Assembly: GCA_947623865.1 (NCBI GenBank) | Contig: CANQIC010000002.1 | Coordinates: 21,041-85,040, forward strand | Source of the DNA: an uncultured Clostridia bacterium | GTDB taxonomy: Bacteria > Bacillota > Clostridia > TANB77 > CAG-508 | Length of the DNA: 64,000 nucleotides | Direction: 5' to 3' | In this document: positions 42,476-52,245 of the stretch, piece by piece | Layout of the letters: each line of letters starts with the position of its first letter | Numbering within the stretch: the first letter of the stretch is position 1 | Notes under the pieces: model-generated | The model's database searches: none | Told to the model about the DNA's origin: nothing | What the model saw: the letters and a program-made list of their open reading frames with translations, nothing else | Program-made: the position numbers and the translations under genes

Positions 42476-44068
42476 TTGTTTTCTGTAAGGGGGAAAATAG
42501 AAATGAAAAGAACAAAACCACTAGTTGCAATATATTGCAGATTATCACAAGAAGATAGAGATAAGAAATCAAGGGAGGACGATAGCGAGAGCATTAAAAA
42601 TCAAAAGATAATGTTAACAGAATATGCAAATGACCAAGATTGGGACATATATGGAATATATAGTGATGATGATTACACTGGAACGGATAGAAATAGACCT
42701 GCATTCAATGAAGTTATAGAACTTGCAAAACAAAAGAAAATTGATATTATTCTATGCAAAAGTCAAAGTAGATTTGCAAGAGAGTTAGAAATAGTGGAAA
42801 TGTATATAAATCGTTTATTTCTTGACTGGGGTATAAGGTTTGTAAGTGTAACAGACAATATAGATACTGCAATAGAAGGAACTACTGTAATGAGGCAAAT
42901 GAATGGTATTATGGATGAAAGATATGTTGAAAATTTATCAGTAAGTATAAAATCAGCATTAAAGACTAAAAGAGCAAATGGCGAATATACTGGTGGATTA
43001 CCACTATATGGTTATAAAAAAGATCCGAACCAAAAAGGACATCTAATTATAGACCCAGAGCCAGCAAAAGTTGTAAGAAGAGTATTTTCTTTATATAATC
43101 AAGGATATGGAAAAACAGCAATAGCAAGAATACTAAATAACGAGGGTATACCCAATCCAACCCAATATAAATTTGAAAAAGGTGTCAAATACAAGACACC
43201 ACCTAATAAACTTGGAACATATTGGAAATACTTTGCAATATCAGATATGTTATGCAATGAAATGTACATAGGAAATATGGTACAAGGAAAATATGGAACT
43301 ATTTCTTATAAGACACATAAGAATAGACCTAAACCACCAGAACAATGGGTTAGAGTTGAAGGAACACACGAACCTATTATAGAAATGGACTTATGGAATA
43401 GTGTACAAAACAAAATCAACAGTAACTTTAAACCATACAAAAATGGAAAAATAGGTTTGTTTGCAAGAAAATGTAAGTGTATGTATTGTAATTATACAAT
43501 GAAATCTAGTAAATCACATGGAGATAGATATTTAAGGTGTAGTACAAAACATGTTTCAAAAGATAGTTGCCAAGGTAGTTTTGTATCAGAGAAAGCACTT
43601 GAAAGGGTAGTCTTGAAAGAACTAAATCATTTAATAGAAAAATATCTAAACATAAGTGAATTTGAAAAAAATATTGTTTTGAAACAATATAGAAATAATA
43701 AAGAAGAATTGCAACAAGAGATTTCAAAGCATCAAAATAAGATAAATGCATATTCAAAAGCATTAAAGGACTTATATATGGACAAAACAAATGAAATTAT
43801 AAGTCAAGAAGAATTTATAGCATTAAGCAATGATATTAGAAAAGATAAGGAAACAGTCGAAGCATTAGTAACAGAAAGAAAAAAACAGTTGTTAGAACTT
43901 AATAATGAACAAGACTTATTAAAAACTAAAAAGCAATTATTAGAAAAATACATAAATGTAGAACAACTTTCAAGAGAAATGGTAGATAATTTAATAGATT
44001 ATATAGAAGTTGGTAGAAAAGACACCAAAACTAAACAACTGCCTATAAAAATTCATTGGAAAATTTAA
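42476..44068 (+). CDS. large serine recombinase
   Basis: VAIYCRLSQEDRD catalytic-serine region; recombinase domain; zinc ribbon (CKCMYCNY...CSTKHVSKDSC); coiled-coil. True start is probably ATG 42503 behind AAGGGGGAAAA. Stop lies 24 bp before the junction. Confidence 0.85.
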   Translation: MFSVRGKIEMKRTKPLVAIYCRLSQEDRDKKSREDDSESIKNQKIMLTEYANDQDWDIYGIYSDDDYTGTDRNRPAFNEVIELAKQKKIDIILCKSQSRFARELEIVEMYINRLFLDWGIRFVSVTDNIDTAIEGTTVMRQMNGIMDERYVENLSVSIKSALKTKRANGEYTGGLPLYGYKKDPNQKGHLIIDPEPAKVVRRVFSLYNQGYGKTAIARILNNEGIPNPTQYKFEKGVKYKTPPNKLGTYWKYFAISDMLCNEMYIGNMVQGKYGTISYKTHKNRPKPPEQWVRVEGTHEPIIEMDLWNSVQNKINSNFKPYKNGKIGLFARKCKCMYCNYTMKSSKSHGDRYLRCSTKHVSKDSCQGSFVSEKALERVVLKELNHLIEKYLNISEFEKNIVLKQYRNNKEELQQEISKHQNKINAYSKALKDLYMDKTNEIISQEEFIALSNDIRKDKETVEALVTERKKQLLELNNEQDLLKTKKQLLEKYINVEQLSREMVDNLIDYIEVGRKDTKTKQLPIKIHWKI

Positions 44069-44091
44069 TAGTTGTACTATCAGAGGTATAA

Positions 44092-44322
44092 CAGAGCAAA
44101 AGGCTAGGGCAACTTATGAAAAATTAATAGATTTATGCAAGGATGACCAAGATGTTATTGACCCACTTCGTTTCTTAAGAGAAAGAGAAGTAGTTCACTT
44201 CCAAAGATTTGGAGAAGCATTACGTGGAGTACAAGATAAACTTGCAGAGAAGAAATTTTATATGAATAATAACAATGATATGAAATGTAGATAAAGAAAA
44301 AGTCCCATAGGGACTTTTTCTT
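44092..44322 (+). repeat. direct repeat copy 1: cotJC 3' end (last 66 codons) plus terminator
   Basis: 231 bp, one mismatch to 46040-46270; encodes EQKARATYEKLIDLCKDDQDVIDPLRFLREREVVHFQRFGEAL... Confidence 0.85.
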
Positions 44323-44349
44323 TATACCATGTGATAAATCTTTAGATGA

Positions 44350-45159
44350 TTAATAATTTAAAAATTTTATTAAACTACTATTGAATTCATCTTTAACATC
44401 ATAAAAAGCTCCATGACCAGCATTTTTAAATGGATATAAAATTGAAGAACGAATATTATTATGCATAATTTCTGCCATAGGAAAAGGACATATTTTATCT
44501 TCTTTTCCATGAAAAATAGCTGTTGGAACATGGATATATTTTAACGAATCAAATATATCTTCATCCCTAAGAGTAATTAAAGAATTCATTTCTCCTATTC
44601 CAGAAGCACTATTACTTAAATTTTGAAACCAGTTTTTAAATGCTATCGAAGGTTTTTTGTAAAAAAACATATTTCCGAAATTTTCATTTAAAGCTGGTCT
44701 GTCATTATATCCTAGCTTTATTAAATCATTGGTAGATTCTATTTTTTGACCATATGGATTATTTGTTGTTTTAGAATATGAAGGAACAGCAGAATCAAGC
44801 AAGCATAATTTTCTAACGCCATACCCATTATACATTTGCATGTATTTTGTAGCAATTGTTCCTCCCATTGAAAAACCTAGTAAATCAAAATTTGATAAAT
44901 TTAAAGCATATATTACATAATATAAATCAGTTGCAAATTGATTATAATTATATCCATTACTTGTTTCATCAGAATTTCCAAATCCTCTTATATCAATACT
45001 TATAATTCTATATCCATTTTTTATTAAATCTGGTAATTGGTATTCAAACATCTTATGTGATAAAGGCCAACCATGAATTAAAACAATTGTCTTATATGCA
45101 TTTGGATTTAATTGGTAAACCGCTATATTTGCATTATCATTTGATGGAATAAAAAACAT
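44350..45159 (-). CDS. alpha/beta-hydrolase fold protein
   Basis: 269 aa; HGWPLSHKMF; GFSMGG nucleophile elbow. Confidence 0.7.
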   Translation of the reverse strand: MFFIPSNDNANIAVYQLNPNAYKTIVLIHGWPLSHKMFEYQLPDLIKNGYRIISIDIRGFGNSDETSNGYNYNQFATDLYYVIYALNLSNFDLLGFSMGGTIATKYMQMYNGYGVRKLCLLDSAVPSYSKTTNNPYGQKIESTNDLIKLGYNDRPALNENFGNMFFYKKPSIAFKNWFQNLSNSASGIGEMNSLITLRDEDIFDSLKYIHVPTAIFHGKEDKICPFPMAEIMHNNIRSSILYPFKNAGHGAFYDVKDEFNSSLIKFLNY

Positions 45160-45326
45160 TAAAATCTCCTTCTTTCATAAATAGTAATATATAATATGGA
45201 AATATAAAAAATTAGTGATAAAAAAGATATTCATAATTGTCTGATTTTCTTAAAAAGTCTTGATTTTGTAAATAAAATGCAGTATAATAAATATAATAAT
45301 AGTGGATATTTAATATCTACTATAAT

Positions 45327-45435
45327 TAAAAATGTGAGTCGCAACCCTATTTGCGTCGAATAAATGGATAGGTGAAAAAATGTGAACCGCAACCCTGCTT
45401 GCGAGATATAAATGCGCAGGTGAAAAAATGTTAAT
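45327..45435 (+). ncRNA. ToxI-like antitoxin RNA: two 48-nt tandem repeats plus a partial third
   Basis: aaaaatgtgaGTcgcaaccctATttgcgTCGaAtaaatgGATaggtg then aaaaaatgtgaACcgcaaccctGCttgcgAGAtataaatgCGCaggtg. Each has an internal cgcaa/ttgcg hairpin; period is 48. Confidence 0.5.
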
Positions 45436-45448
45436 TATAGTAAAATGT

Positions 45449-45483
45449 GGGGTCTATAAAATTAATTTAGATCCCATATTTTC
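45449..45483 (+). terminator. leaky terminator between the RNA repeats and the toxN-like gene
   Basis: ggggtcta..tagatccc stem followed by ATATTTTC. Confidence 0.5.
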
Positions 45484-45504
45484 ATAAAAAGGAGTTAAAT
45501 AATA

Positions 45505-45990
45505 ATGATAATAGAAGATGGAAAATTTTATTTTATAAAAGATGAATTTTTTGATATATTTAAAGATTATAAATTGATGGAAAACAAAGAAGGTGGAAAT
45601 AAAAGACCTTGTTACTTTTGTTTTAGAGATAGAAAAAATAAAGAAATAATATGGTTTGTTCCAATATCGACTAAATATGATAAATATAAGAAGATATATG
45701 ATAATAAAAAATTAAAAATTGGAAATAAACCAGTATATAATTTTGTTTTTGGTAATGTGTTAGGCAAAAAAGCTGTATTTTTAATACAAAATATATTTCC
45801 AACAACAGAAGAATATATATTAGAAAAATATACAAATTCAAATATAGATGTAGAAATACCTACAGTAGTAAAAAACGAAATTATAACTACTGCATTAAGA
45901 GTTGTGAGGCTTGCAGAAGAAGACATACATATTCCATTTTATGATATTGTTGAAATGAGAAATGTTTTATTAAAAGATAAAAATAATTGA
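45505..45990 (+). CDS. ToxN/AbiQ-family endoribonuclease toxin (type III TA)
   Basis: 161 aa; N-terminal GKFYFIKDEFF...KRP...IWFVPISTK resembles the ToxN/AbiQ N-terminus; gene order is repeats, terminator, toxin. Confidence 0.5.
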   Translation: MIIEDGKFYFIKDEFFDIFKDYKLMENKEGGNKRPCYFCFRDRKNKEIIWFVPISTKYDKYKKIYDNKKLKIGNKPVYNFVFGNVLGKKAVFLIQNIFPTTEEYILEKYTNSNIDVEIPTVVKNEIITTALRVVRLAEEDIHIPFYDIVEMRNVLLKDKNN

Positions 45991-46039
45991 ACTGGAAAAA
46001 ATCTTACTAGTTCAAAATGTTACAGCCAATACTTAGCTG

Positions 46040-46270
46040 CAGAGCAAAAGGCTAGGGCAACTTATGAAAAATTAATAGATTTATGTAAGGATGACCAAGA
46101 TGTTATTGACCCACTTCGTTTCTTAAGAGAAAGAGAAGTAGTTCACTTCCAAAGATTTGGAGAAGCATTACGTGGAGTACAAGATAAACTTGCAGAGAAG
46201 AAATTTTATATGAATAATAACAATGATATGAAATGTAGATAAAGAAAAAGTCCCATAGGGACTTTTTCTA
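46040..46270 (+). repeat. direct repeat copy 2 (retains the full cttagctgcaga core, so it is the likely genuine cotJC 3' end)
   Basis: identical to 44092-44322 except C/T at one position. Confidence 0.85.
46042..46242 (+). CDS. cotJC: CotJC-like manganese catalase, segment 3 of 3
   Basis: With segment 2 it reads ...DLQEDLAAEQKARATYEKLIDL..., the conserved Mn-catalase C-terminus; a bidirectional terminator aaaaagtcccatagggacttttt follows. Confidence 0.75.
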   Translation, partial: EQKARATYEKLIDLCKDDQDVIDPLRFLREREVVHFQRFGEALRGVQDKLAEKKFYMNNNNDMKCR

Positions 46271-46273
46271 ACA

Positions 46274-46889
46274 TTACATAATACTTCTAATTTTTTCTAT
46301 AATCATATTTAATGCAACTTCATTTTGTCCACCTTCTGGAACTATGATATCTGCAAATTTTTTACTAGGTTCTACAAATTGTTCGTGCATAGGTTTTACA
46401 ATTGTACAATATTCTGATACAACAGTATTTAATGTACCACCTCTTTTTTCAACATCACGAAGTAATCTTCTTATAAATCTAATGTCAGCATCAGTATCAA
46501 CGAATATTTTTATATCCATCATATCTCTTAACTCTTTATTTTCAAATATTAAAATTCCTTCTAAAATAATAACCTTTTTTGGAATAACTTCAACAGTTTC
46601 AGATTCTCTTTTACGTTCAAGAAATGAATATTTAGGTCTATATATTGTATGACCCTTTTTTAATTCTTCTAAATGTTTAATTAAAAGATTTGTTTCAAAA
46701 GAATTGGGATGATCATAATTAAGTTTAACTCTTTCTTCAAAAGGTAGATTAGAATGATCATTATAATAAGAATCATGTGAAATCATAGTAATATTATTAT
46801 CAAATTCTTTTTTTATATTTTCTGCAAGAGTAGTTTTCCCGTGAACCAGAACCACCTGCTATACCAATTATAATAGGATTTAATCCCAT
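46274..46889 (-). CDS. udk: uridine kinase; frame broken by extra C (plus ccg about 46839-46841)
   Basis: Minus-strand MGLNPIIIGIAGGSGS then, skipping C of CGG, GKTTLAENIKKEF... gives the Walker A GSGSGKTT. Confidence 0.8.
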
Positions 46890-47038
46890 TTGCGTAACCT
46901 CCAAATTAAAATTCTTATATATATTTTAAAATAATATTTTAATAAAAGCAAGAAAAACTGACAAAATAAGATAAAAAATGAAGTTGCAATTATTTTTAAA
47001 TAGAAATATAATATATAAAATTAAAAGTAGGTGTTAAT

Positions 47039-47411
47039 ATGGTATTAATAGGAAAAGTAAAAAGTGGACTTCGGGGAAGCAAGTTATTGGATGAAAAAAG
47101 CAGAAAGTGCGTTTGAGAAAAAAATAGGATTAAAATTATTTCATGGAACACTGAACATTGAATTAGAAAATGAATATGTATTAAGTGGAAACTTAGAAGT
47201 TTTACATAAAGAAGAATATGGAGGAATTCAAGAGGTATATATTAAAGAGTGCGAAGTGCTAGGAAATAAATCATATATATTAAGAACAAGTAAAAACATG
47301 ACAAATAATGGAGATCATCCATTAAATATACTAGAGATAATTTCAGACATAAATTTTAGAGAAAAATACAAACTTAAAGATGGAGATAAAATTCAAATTT
47401 CAATTAAATAA
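47039..47411 (+). CDS. CTP-dependent (archaeal-type) riboflavin kinase-like protein; frame broken by extra C at 47072
   Basis: MVLIGKVKSGL then, skipping C of cttCgggga, GEASYWMKKAES...HGTLNIEL... matches the RibK/DUF120 family. Confidence 0.6.
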
Positions 47412-47431
47412 ATTGTAATTTGTTTGTGAGA

Positions 47432-47500
47432 GGAAAATCCTAGGGACTGTCCCTAAAAATCACCAATTTTGGGGATTTTTGGGACTGTCCTGAATTTTCC
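47432..47500 (+). promoter_or_regulatory. GC-rich palindromic leader element upstream of spoIIIA
   Basis: 15-bp perfect palindrome TAGGGACTGTCCCTA (47441-47455); second copy GGGACTGTCC (47481-47490); flanking complementary ggaaaatcc / ggatttt / gaattttcc segments. Confidence 0.35.
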
Positions 47501-47601
47501 GAACATGAAACAAACAACAATTTATTTGCTTTTTAGTTCTAATTTTTTTTAATCAGCATATATATATTAAAAGGACAAGTTACGTATAAGGAGAAAAGTA
47601 T

Positions 47602-48550
47602 ATGCTAATTTCTAACCTTCTTACATATTTTCCAGAAGAAATTTTTAAAATTATAGGAGATTACTTTAAAGAGGATACAGAAGAAAAAAATAAATCAATA
47701 GAAGAAATACGTTTAAGAGCGGAAAAACCACTAATATTAAAATTCAATAAAAAAGAAATAGCTTTTAAAATGAATGTGACTCAAGAAATGATTTTACAAA
47801 CTTTGCAGAGGGTTTGCGATAATTCTATATATTCATTTCAAAACCAAATTAGAGAAGGATTTATTACTGTAAAAGGTGGGCATAGAGTAGGAATTACTGG
47901 TAATTGTGTAATAGAAGATAATCGAGTGTCTAATATTAATTACATATCCAGTCTTAATTTTAGAATAGCAAAAGAAATAAAAGGATGTAGTAATAAACTT
48001 TTGAAATTTGTATTAGATTTAGAAAATAATAATATTTATAATACACTTATTGTATCTCCTCCTGGAGTACGGAAAAACAACAATTTTGCGAGATTTAATC
48101 CGAAAAATTAGTACAGGCATAGAAAAGTTAAATTTTCATGGAATAAATGTTGGACTAGTTGATGAAAGAGGGGAACTTGCTGCTATGTACAAAGGGATAC
48201 CTCAAAATGATATAGGGTTAAGAACAGATGTACTCGATAACATACCAAAATCTATAGGAATGAGAATGCTTATAAGATCTATGTCACCAAAAGTCATTTC
48301 AGCAGATGAAATAGGCAATGAAAATGAAATAGAAGCTATAAATTATTCGATATGTTCAGGAATTAAAGGGATATTTACTGCACATGGAGCAAGCTTAGAA
48401 GAGATATCAATAAATCCTACTTTAAAATCATTGTTAAATTTACATGTTTTTGAAAGAATAATTTTTCTAACTGATAAAAAAAGAAAAGCAGAGATTAAAA
48501 CTGTTTATAATTTAAATAGAAAAACATCAGAATATTCAATTATGGAGTGA
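47602..48550 (+). CDS. spoIIIAA: stage III sporulation protein AA (ATPase); frame broken by extra C at 48070
   Basis: Deleting C in gtaCggaaa restores the Walker A SPPGVGKTTILRDLIRKIS. Confidence 0.8.
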
Positions 48551-48554
48551 TTTT

Positions 48555-49064
48555 ATGCTAATAATCAAAATTATAATATATTCATTTATATTTTTATCAT
48601 GTTCATTAATTGGAATACTAATTTCCAGAAAATATGTAAATAGAGTAAATGAATTAAAAGAATTTAGGAATGCATTAAATATATTTAAAACTAAAATAAG
48701 ATATACATATGAACCATTACCAGAAATATTTTCAGAAATATCAGAAAGTGTTAATCCAAATATATCAACGGTATTTAAAAAAGCAGCAGAAAAGATGAAG
48801 ATTTGTGCAGCAGGAGAAGCATGGGATTTTGCTTTAAAAATAGAAGATTTAAGCATTGATGATGAAGATAGGAATGCATTAAAAAATCTCAGTAAATTAC
48901 TAGGAAAAACAGATTTAGAAGGACAACTTAATCAAATAGAAATGACATCAGATTTTTTAGATAAACAAATTAGAAAAGCTGAAATTCAGAAGGATAAAAG
49001 TGAAAAAATGTATAGAACACTTGGAATGATAATGGGAATGCTAATAGTAATTATACTTGTTTAA
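48555..49064 (+). CDS. spoIIIAB: stage III sporulation protein AB
   Basis: 169 aa; position in operon; N-terminal TM. Confidence 0.65.
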   Translation: MLIIKIIIYSFIFLSCSLIGILISRKYVNRVNELKEFRNALNIFKTKIRYTYEPLPEIFSEISESVNPNISTVFKKAAEKMKICAAGEAWDFALKIEDLSIDDEDRNALKNLSKLLGKTDLEGQLNQIEMTSDFLDKQIRKAEIQKDKSEKMYRTLGMIMGMLIVIILV

Positions 49065-49075
49065 AGGAGATACAT

Positions 49076-49270
49076 ATGAATATAGATTTATTATTTAAAA
49101 TAGCTGCAATAGGAATATTGGTTGCAGTTTTGCATCAGGTTTTAGTAAGAGCTGGAAGAGAAGATCAAGCAATGATGACAACATTAGCAGGTTTAGTAAT
49201 TGTACTTACAATGGTTATAAAAGAAATAAGTACATTGTTTAATACAGTAAGAACTATATTTGGACTATAA
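49076..49270 (+). CDS. spoIIIAC: stage III sporulation protein AC
   Basis: 64 aa two-TM protein. Confidence 0.7.
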   Translation: MNIDLLFKIAAIGILVAVLHQVLVRAGREDQAMMTTLAGLVIVLTMVIKEISTLFNTVRTIFGL

Positions 49271-49352
49271 AACTATATTTTTTCTTTTTTTGATGAAGTA
49301 GATTTATTTTTTAAAAAATGCTAGATTTACTCCATCTAAAAAAGAAAAAGAA

Positions 49353-49763
49353 TTGAATAGAAAGGTGAATTTTAGTTTGGAAATAGTAAAAATAATAGGT
49401 GTAGGGATAACTGCACTTATAATAATTATTATATTAAAACAGTACAAGCCTGAATTTACAATATATGTATCAATAATAACAGGAATAATTATTCTTATTA
49501 TGGTTATGGATCAGTTAAATGCAGTAGTTAAAGTTTTAACAAATCTTGCGAATAAAACTGGGACAGGAAGTACATTTTTAAAGATACTCTTAAAAATTAC
49601 TGGCATTGCAATACTCACTGAATTTGCAGTAAGTATTTGCAAAGATTCAGGAGAAAGTGCTATTGCTAGTAAAATTGATTTAGGTGGAAAAATATTAATT
49701 ATAAGTATATCGATTCCAATAATTACAGCATTGTTAGAATTAATTATAAACATATTACCATAA
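49353..49763 (+). CDS. spoIIIAD: stage III sporulation protein AD
   Basis: about 130 aa, 4 TM; start may be the downstream TTG at 49377. Confidence 0.65.
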   Translation: MNRKVNFSLEIVKIIGVGITALIIIIILKQYKPEFTIYVSIITGIIILIMVMDQLNAVVKVLTNLANKTGTGSTFLKILLKITGIAILTEFAVSICKDSGESAIASKIDLGGKILIISISIPIITALLELIINILP

Positions 49764-49783
49764 TAATTTATTAGGGAGAATAA

Positions 49784-50931
49784 ATGATAAAGAAAATTAC
49801 AATTTTGTTTATTTTAATATATCTAATTATATTTCCTAAATCATATGCAACTGATGAAATTATTTCATCACAAATGGATTCATTGAATATATCCTCGTTT
49901 ATAGATGAAGGAGAAAAATATACAGAAGATGTATTCCCTGATACGAATTTAAATGACTTTTTAAATTCGGCAATTAAAGGTGAGATTGACAATAAAAGCA
50001 TATATAAAGGTATTTTGTCGATATTTGGTGATGAAATAGTATCAGCAATATCTCTTTTAGGAAGTATTTTGATAATCATAATAATACATAGTATATTAAA
50101 GAATTTTACTGAAAATCTAAGCAATAGCGAAGGAATAGGTCAAATAGCATATTATGTAGAATATATTATGATTGTTACACTAATAATGGCTAACTTTTCA
50201 AACATAATTAATATGATAAAAGAATCTATTGCAAATTTAGTTGGTTTTGTAAACTGTTTAGTCCCAATTTTACTTGCTCTAATGTATGCTACTCGGAAAT
50301 GTTGCATCAGTTACTTTAATACAACCATTAATAATATTTTCAGTTGTATTTATATCAAATGCAATAACACTATTTGTTTTACCAATTTCTCTGATTGCTA
50401 CAGCATTAGGAATAATATCAAACTTATCAGAAAAAGTTCAAATAGGAAAATTATCTAAATTTTTAAAATCAGGAATAACTTGGTTTTTAGGAGTAGTAAT
50501 AACTATATTTATAAGCATATTATCATTAGAAGGAAGCCTAACTAGTAATGTAGATCGGTCTTGCAGCAAAGGGAATAAAAGCTGCTACATCTACTTTTAT
50601 ACCAGTAGTAGGTAAAGCATTGGGAGAATCAGTAGATATGGTAATTGGGTCAACTTCTATATTAAAAAATTCTATTGGAATTGTAGGTATGTTTGTGGTA
50701 ATTGGAATATGTGTTATGCCTATAATTAAATTAACAATACTAACTATTACATATCATTTTGCATCTGCAATATGTGAACCATTAGCAGATAAGAAAATAG
50801 TATCGTTATTAGATCAAATGGGTGGAACATTTAAAGTCCTTTTAGGAATTATGTTTTTTGTAGCAGTACTCTTAATTGTTGGACTAGCTATGTGTATAAA
50901 GATATCTAATAACGGAATGATGTATAGGTAG
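49784..50931 (+). CDS. spoIIIAE: stage III sporulation protein AE; two extra-C frame breaks at 50294 and 50556
   Basis: Three ORFs (49784-50458, 50286-50615, 50620-50931) join as ...LMYATGNVASVTLIQ... and ...SNVDGLAAKGIKAATSTFIPVVGKALGESVDMV..., i.e. the SpoIIIAE permease-like fold. Confidence 0.75.
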
Positions 50932-51582
50932 GTGAAAAATTTGATTAGTTTCATAAATTCATGGGCTAAAGGGATAATATTAGCAGTAGTAATTGCAACA
51001 ATAATTGAAATTATTTTACCTGAAGGAAATAATAAAAAATATGTGAAGACAATTATAGGAATTTATATTATGTTTGTTATGATATATCCATTAATATCAA
51101 AAATATCAAATAAAAATATAAATATTGAAGGGATTATAGAAAACACAACAAATGAAATGAGAAAATTTGAAACGGATAATAATATAGCAATAGAAACTAA
51201 TACCTATATAGAAGAAACCTATAAACAAAAACTAGAAAATGATATGAGAGAAAAAACAAAAGAAAAGGGATATGAAATCAATTCTTTAGATTTATACATA
51301 GAAACACAAAATAATGAAAGTTATGGACAAATAAATACTATTGTTATGCAAATATCTAAAACAGAAAAAACAGACGAAGATATCACTACAACAGATAATA
51401 ACATTATAAAAAATGATGTTGATAATATACAAAATGTTGAGATAAAAATATTAAATAATAATACAAAAAATAATAATAACATACAAAATGAAAACATCTC
51501 TAAAGAAGAAATAGAAAACTTAAAAGATTATTTCAATTCTATTTATGGAGTTGAAAAAGAAAAAATATATATTAATGAGTAG
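50932..51582 (+). CDS. spoIIIAF: stage III sporulation protein AF
   Basis: GTG start; N-terminal TM; operon position. Confidence 0.6.
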   Translation: MKNLISFINSWAKGIILAVVIATIIEIILPEGNNKKYVKTIIGIYIMFVMIYPLISKISNKNINIEGIIENTTNEMRKFETDNNIAIETNTYIEETYKQKLENDMREKTKEKGYEINSLDLYIETQNNESYGQINTIVMQISKTEKTDEDITTTDNNIIKNDVDNIQNVEIKILNNNTKNNNNIQNENISKEEIENLKDYFNSIYGVEKEKIYINE

Positions 51583-52224
51583 GTGAAAATTATGTTTAAG
51601 GATAGGTTAAAAAATTTAAAATCTAAATTCATAAAAAAATCAGAGGGAAATAATAAAAGAAAAATAGAAAATTTAGTAGTCTTTTTAATTCTTTTAATAA
51701 TTACAGTAGTTGCAATAAATACAATCTGGGGAGATAAAAAGCAAGATGTAAAACAAGACGATACCAATACTTCATATAAAGAATTAGCTCAATCTATAGA
51801 TAATAATATTGATAGTAATAATCAGCAATTAAATGAATATAATTTAGAACAAAGCTTAGAGGACATACTATCTAAAATTTCGGGAGTTGGAAAAGTAGAA
51901 GTATTAGTTACATATTCAGAAACAAGCGAAGTTGTTGCAATGTACAATGAAACATATACTGCAAGTAACACTGAGGAAACAGACACAAATGGGGGTGTAA
52001 GAAAAATTGAAGAAACAGATACAAATAAAGAGATAATATTCGAGGATGACAATGGAGAGAAAACTCCTATTACTCAAAAAGTAGTAATGCCTAAAATAGA
52101 AGGAGCTATTATTACAGCAGAGGGAGCTGGAAATATAGATATAAAAACAAATATTATTCAAGCAGTTTCTGCTGCAACAGGTTTATCTAGTTATAGAATA
52201 CAGGTATTTGAAATGTCTAGTTAA
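51583..52224 (+). CDS. spoIIIAG: stage III sporulation protein AG
   Basis: 213 aa; TM anchor; C-terminal YscJ/FliF-like ring domain pattern. Confidence 0.6.
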   Translation: MKIMFKDRLKNLKSKFIKKSEGNNKRKIENLVVFLILLIITVVAINTIWGDKKQDVKQDDTNTSYKELAQSIDNNIDSNNQQLNEYNLEQSLEDILSKISGVGKVEVLVTYSETSEVVAMYNETYTASNTEETDTNGGVRKIEETDTNKEIIFEDDNGEKTPITQKVVMPKIEGAIITAEGAGNIDIKTNIIQAVSAATGLSSYRIQVFEMSS

Positions 52225-52245
52225 AACATGTGAAAATTAGATTTA

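Larger units (their letters stand above)
39652..46039 (+). mobile_element. intervening element 3 (composite)
   Basis: Core module 39652-44091 ends with a large serine recombinase and a right junction ...tataaCAGAgcaaaagg. A distal module 44323-46039 is flanked by 231-bp direct repeats of the cotJC 3' end; the core cttagctgcaga recurs at 46033-46044. Confidence 0.6.
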
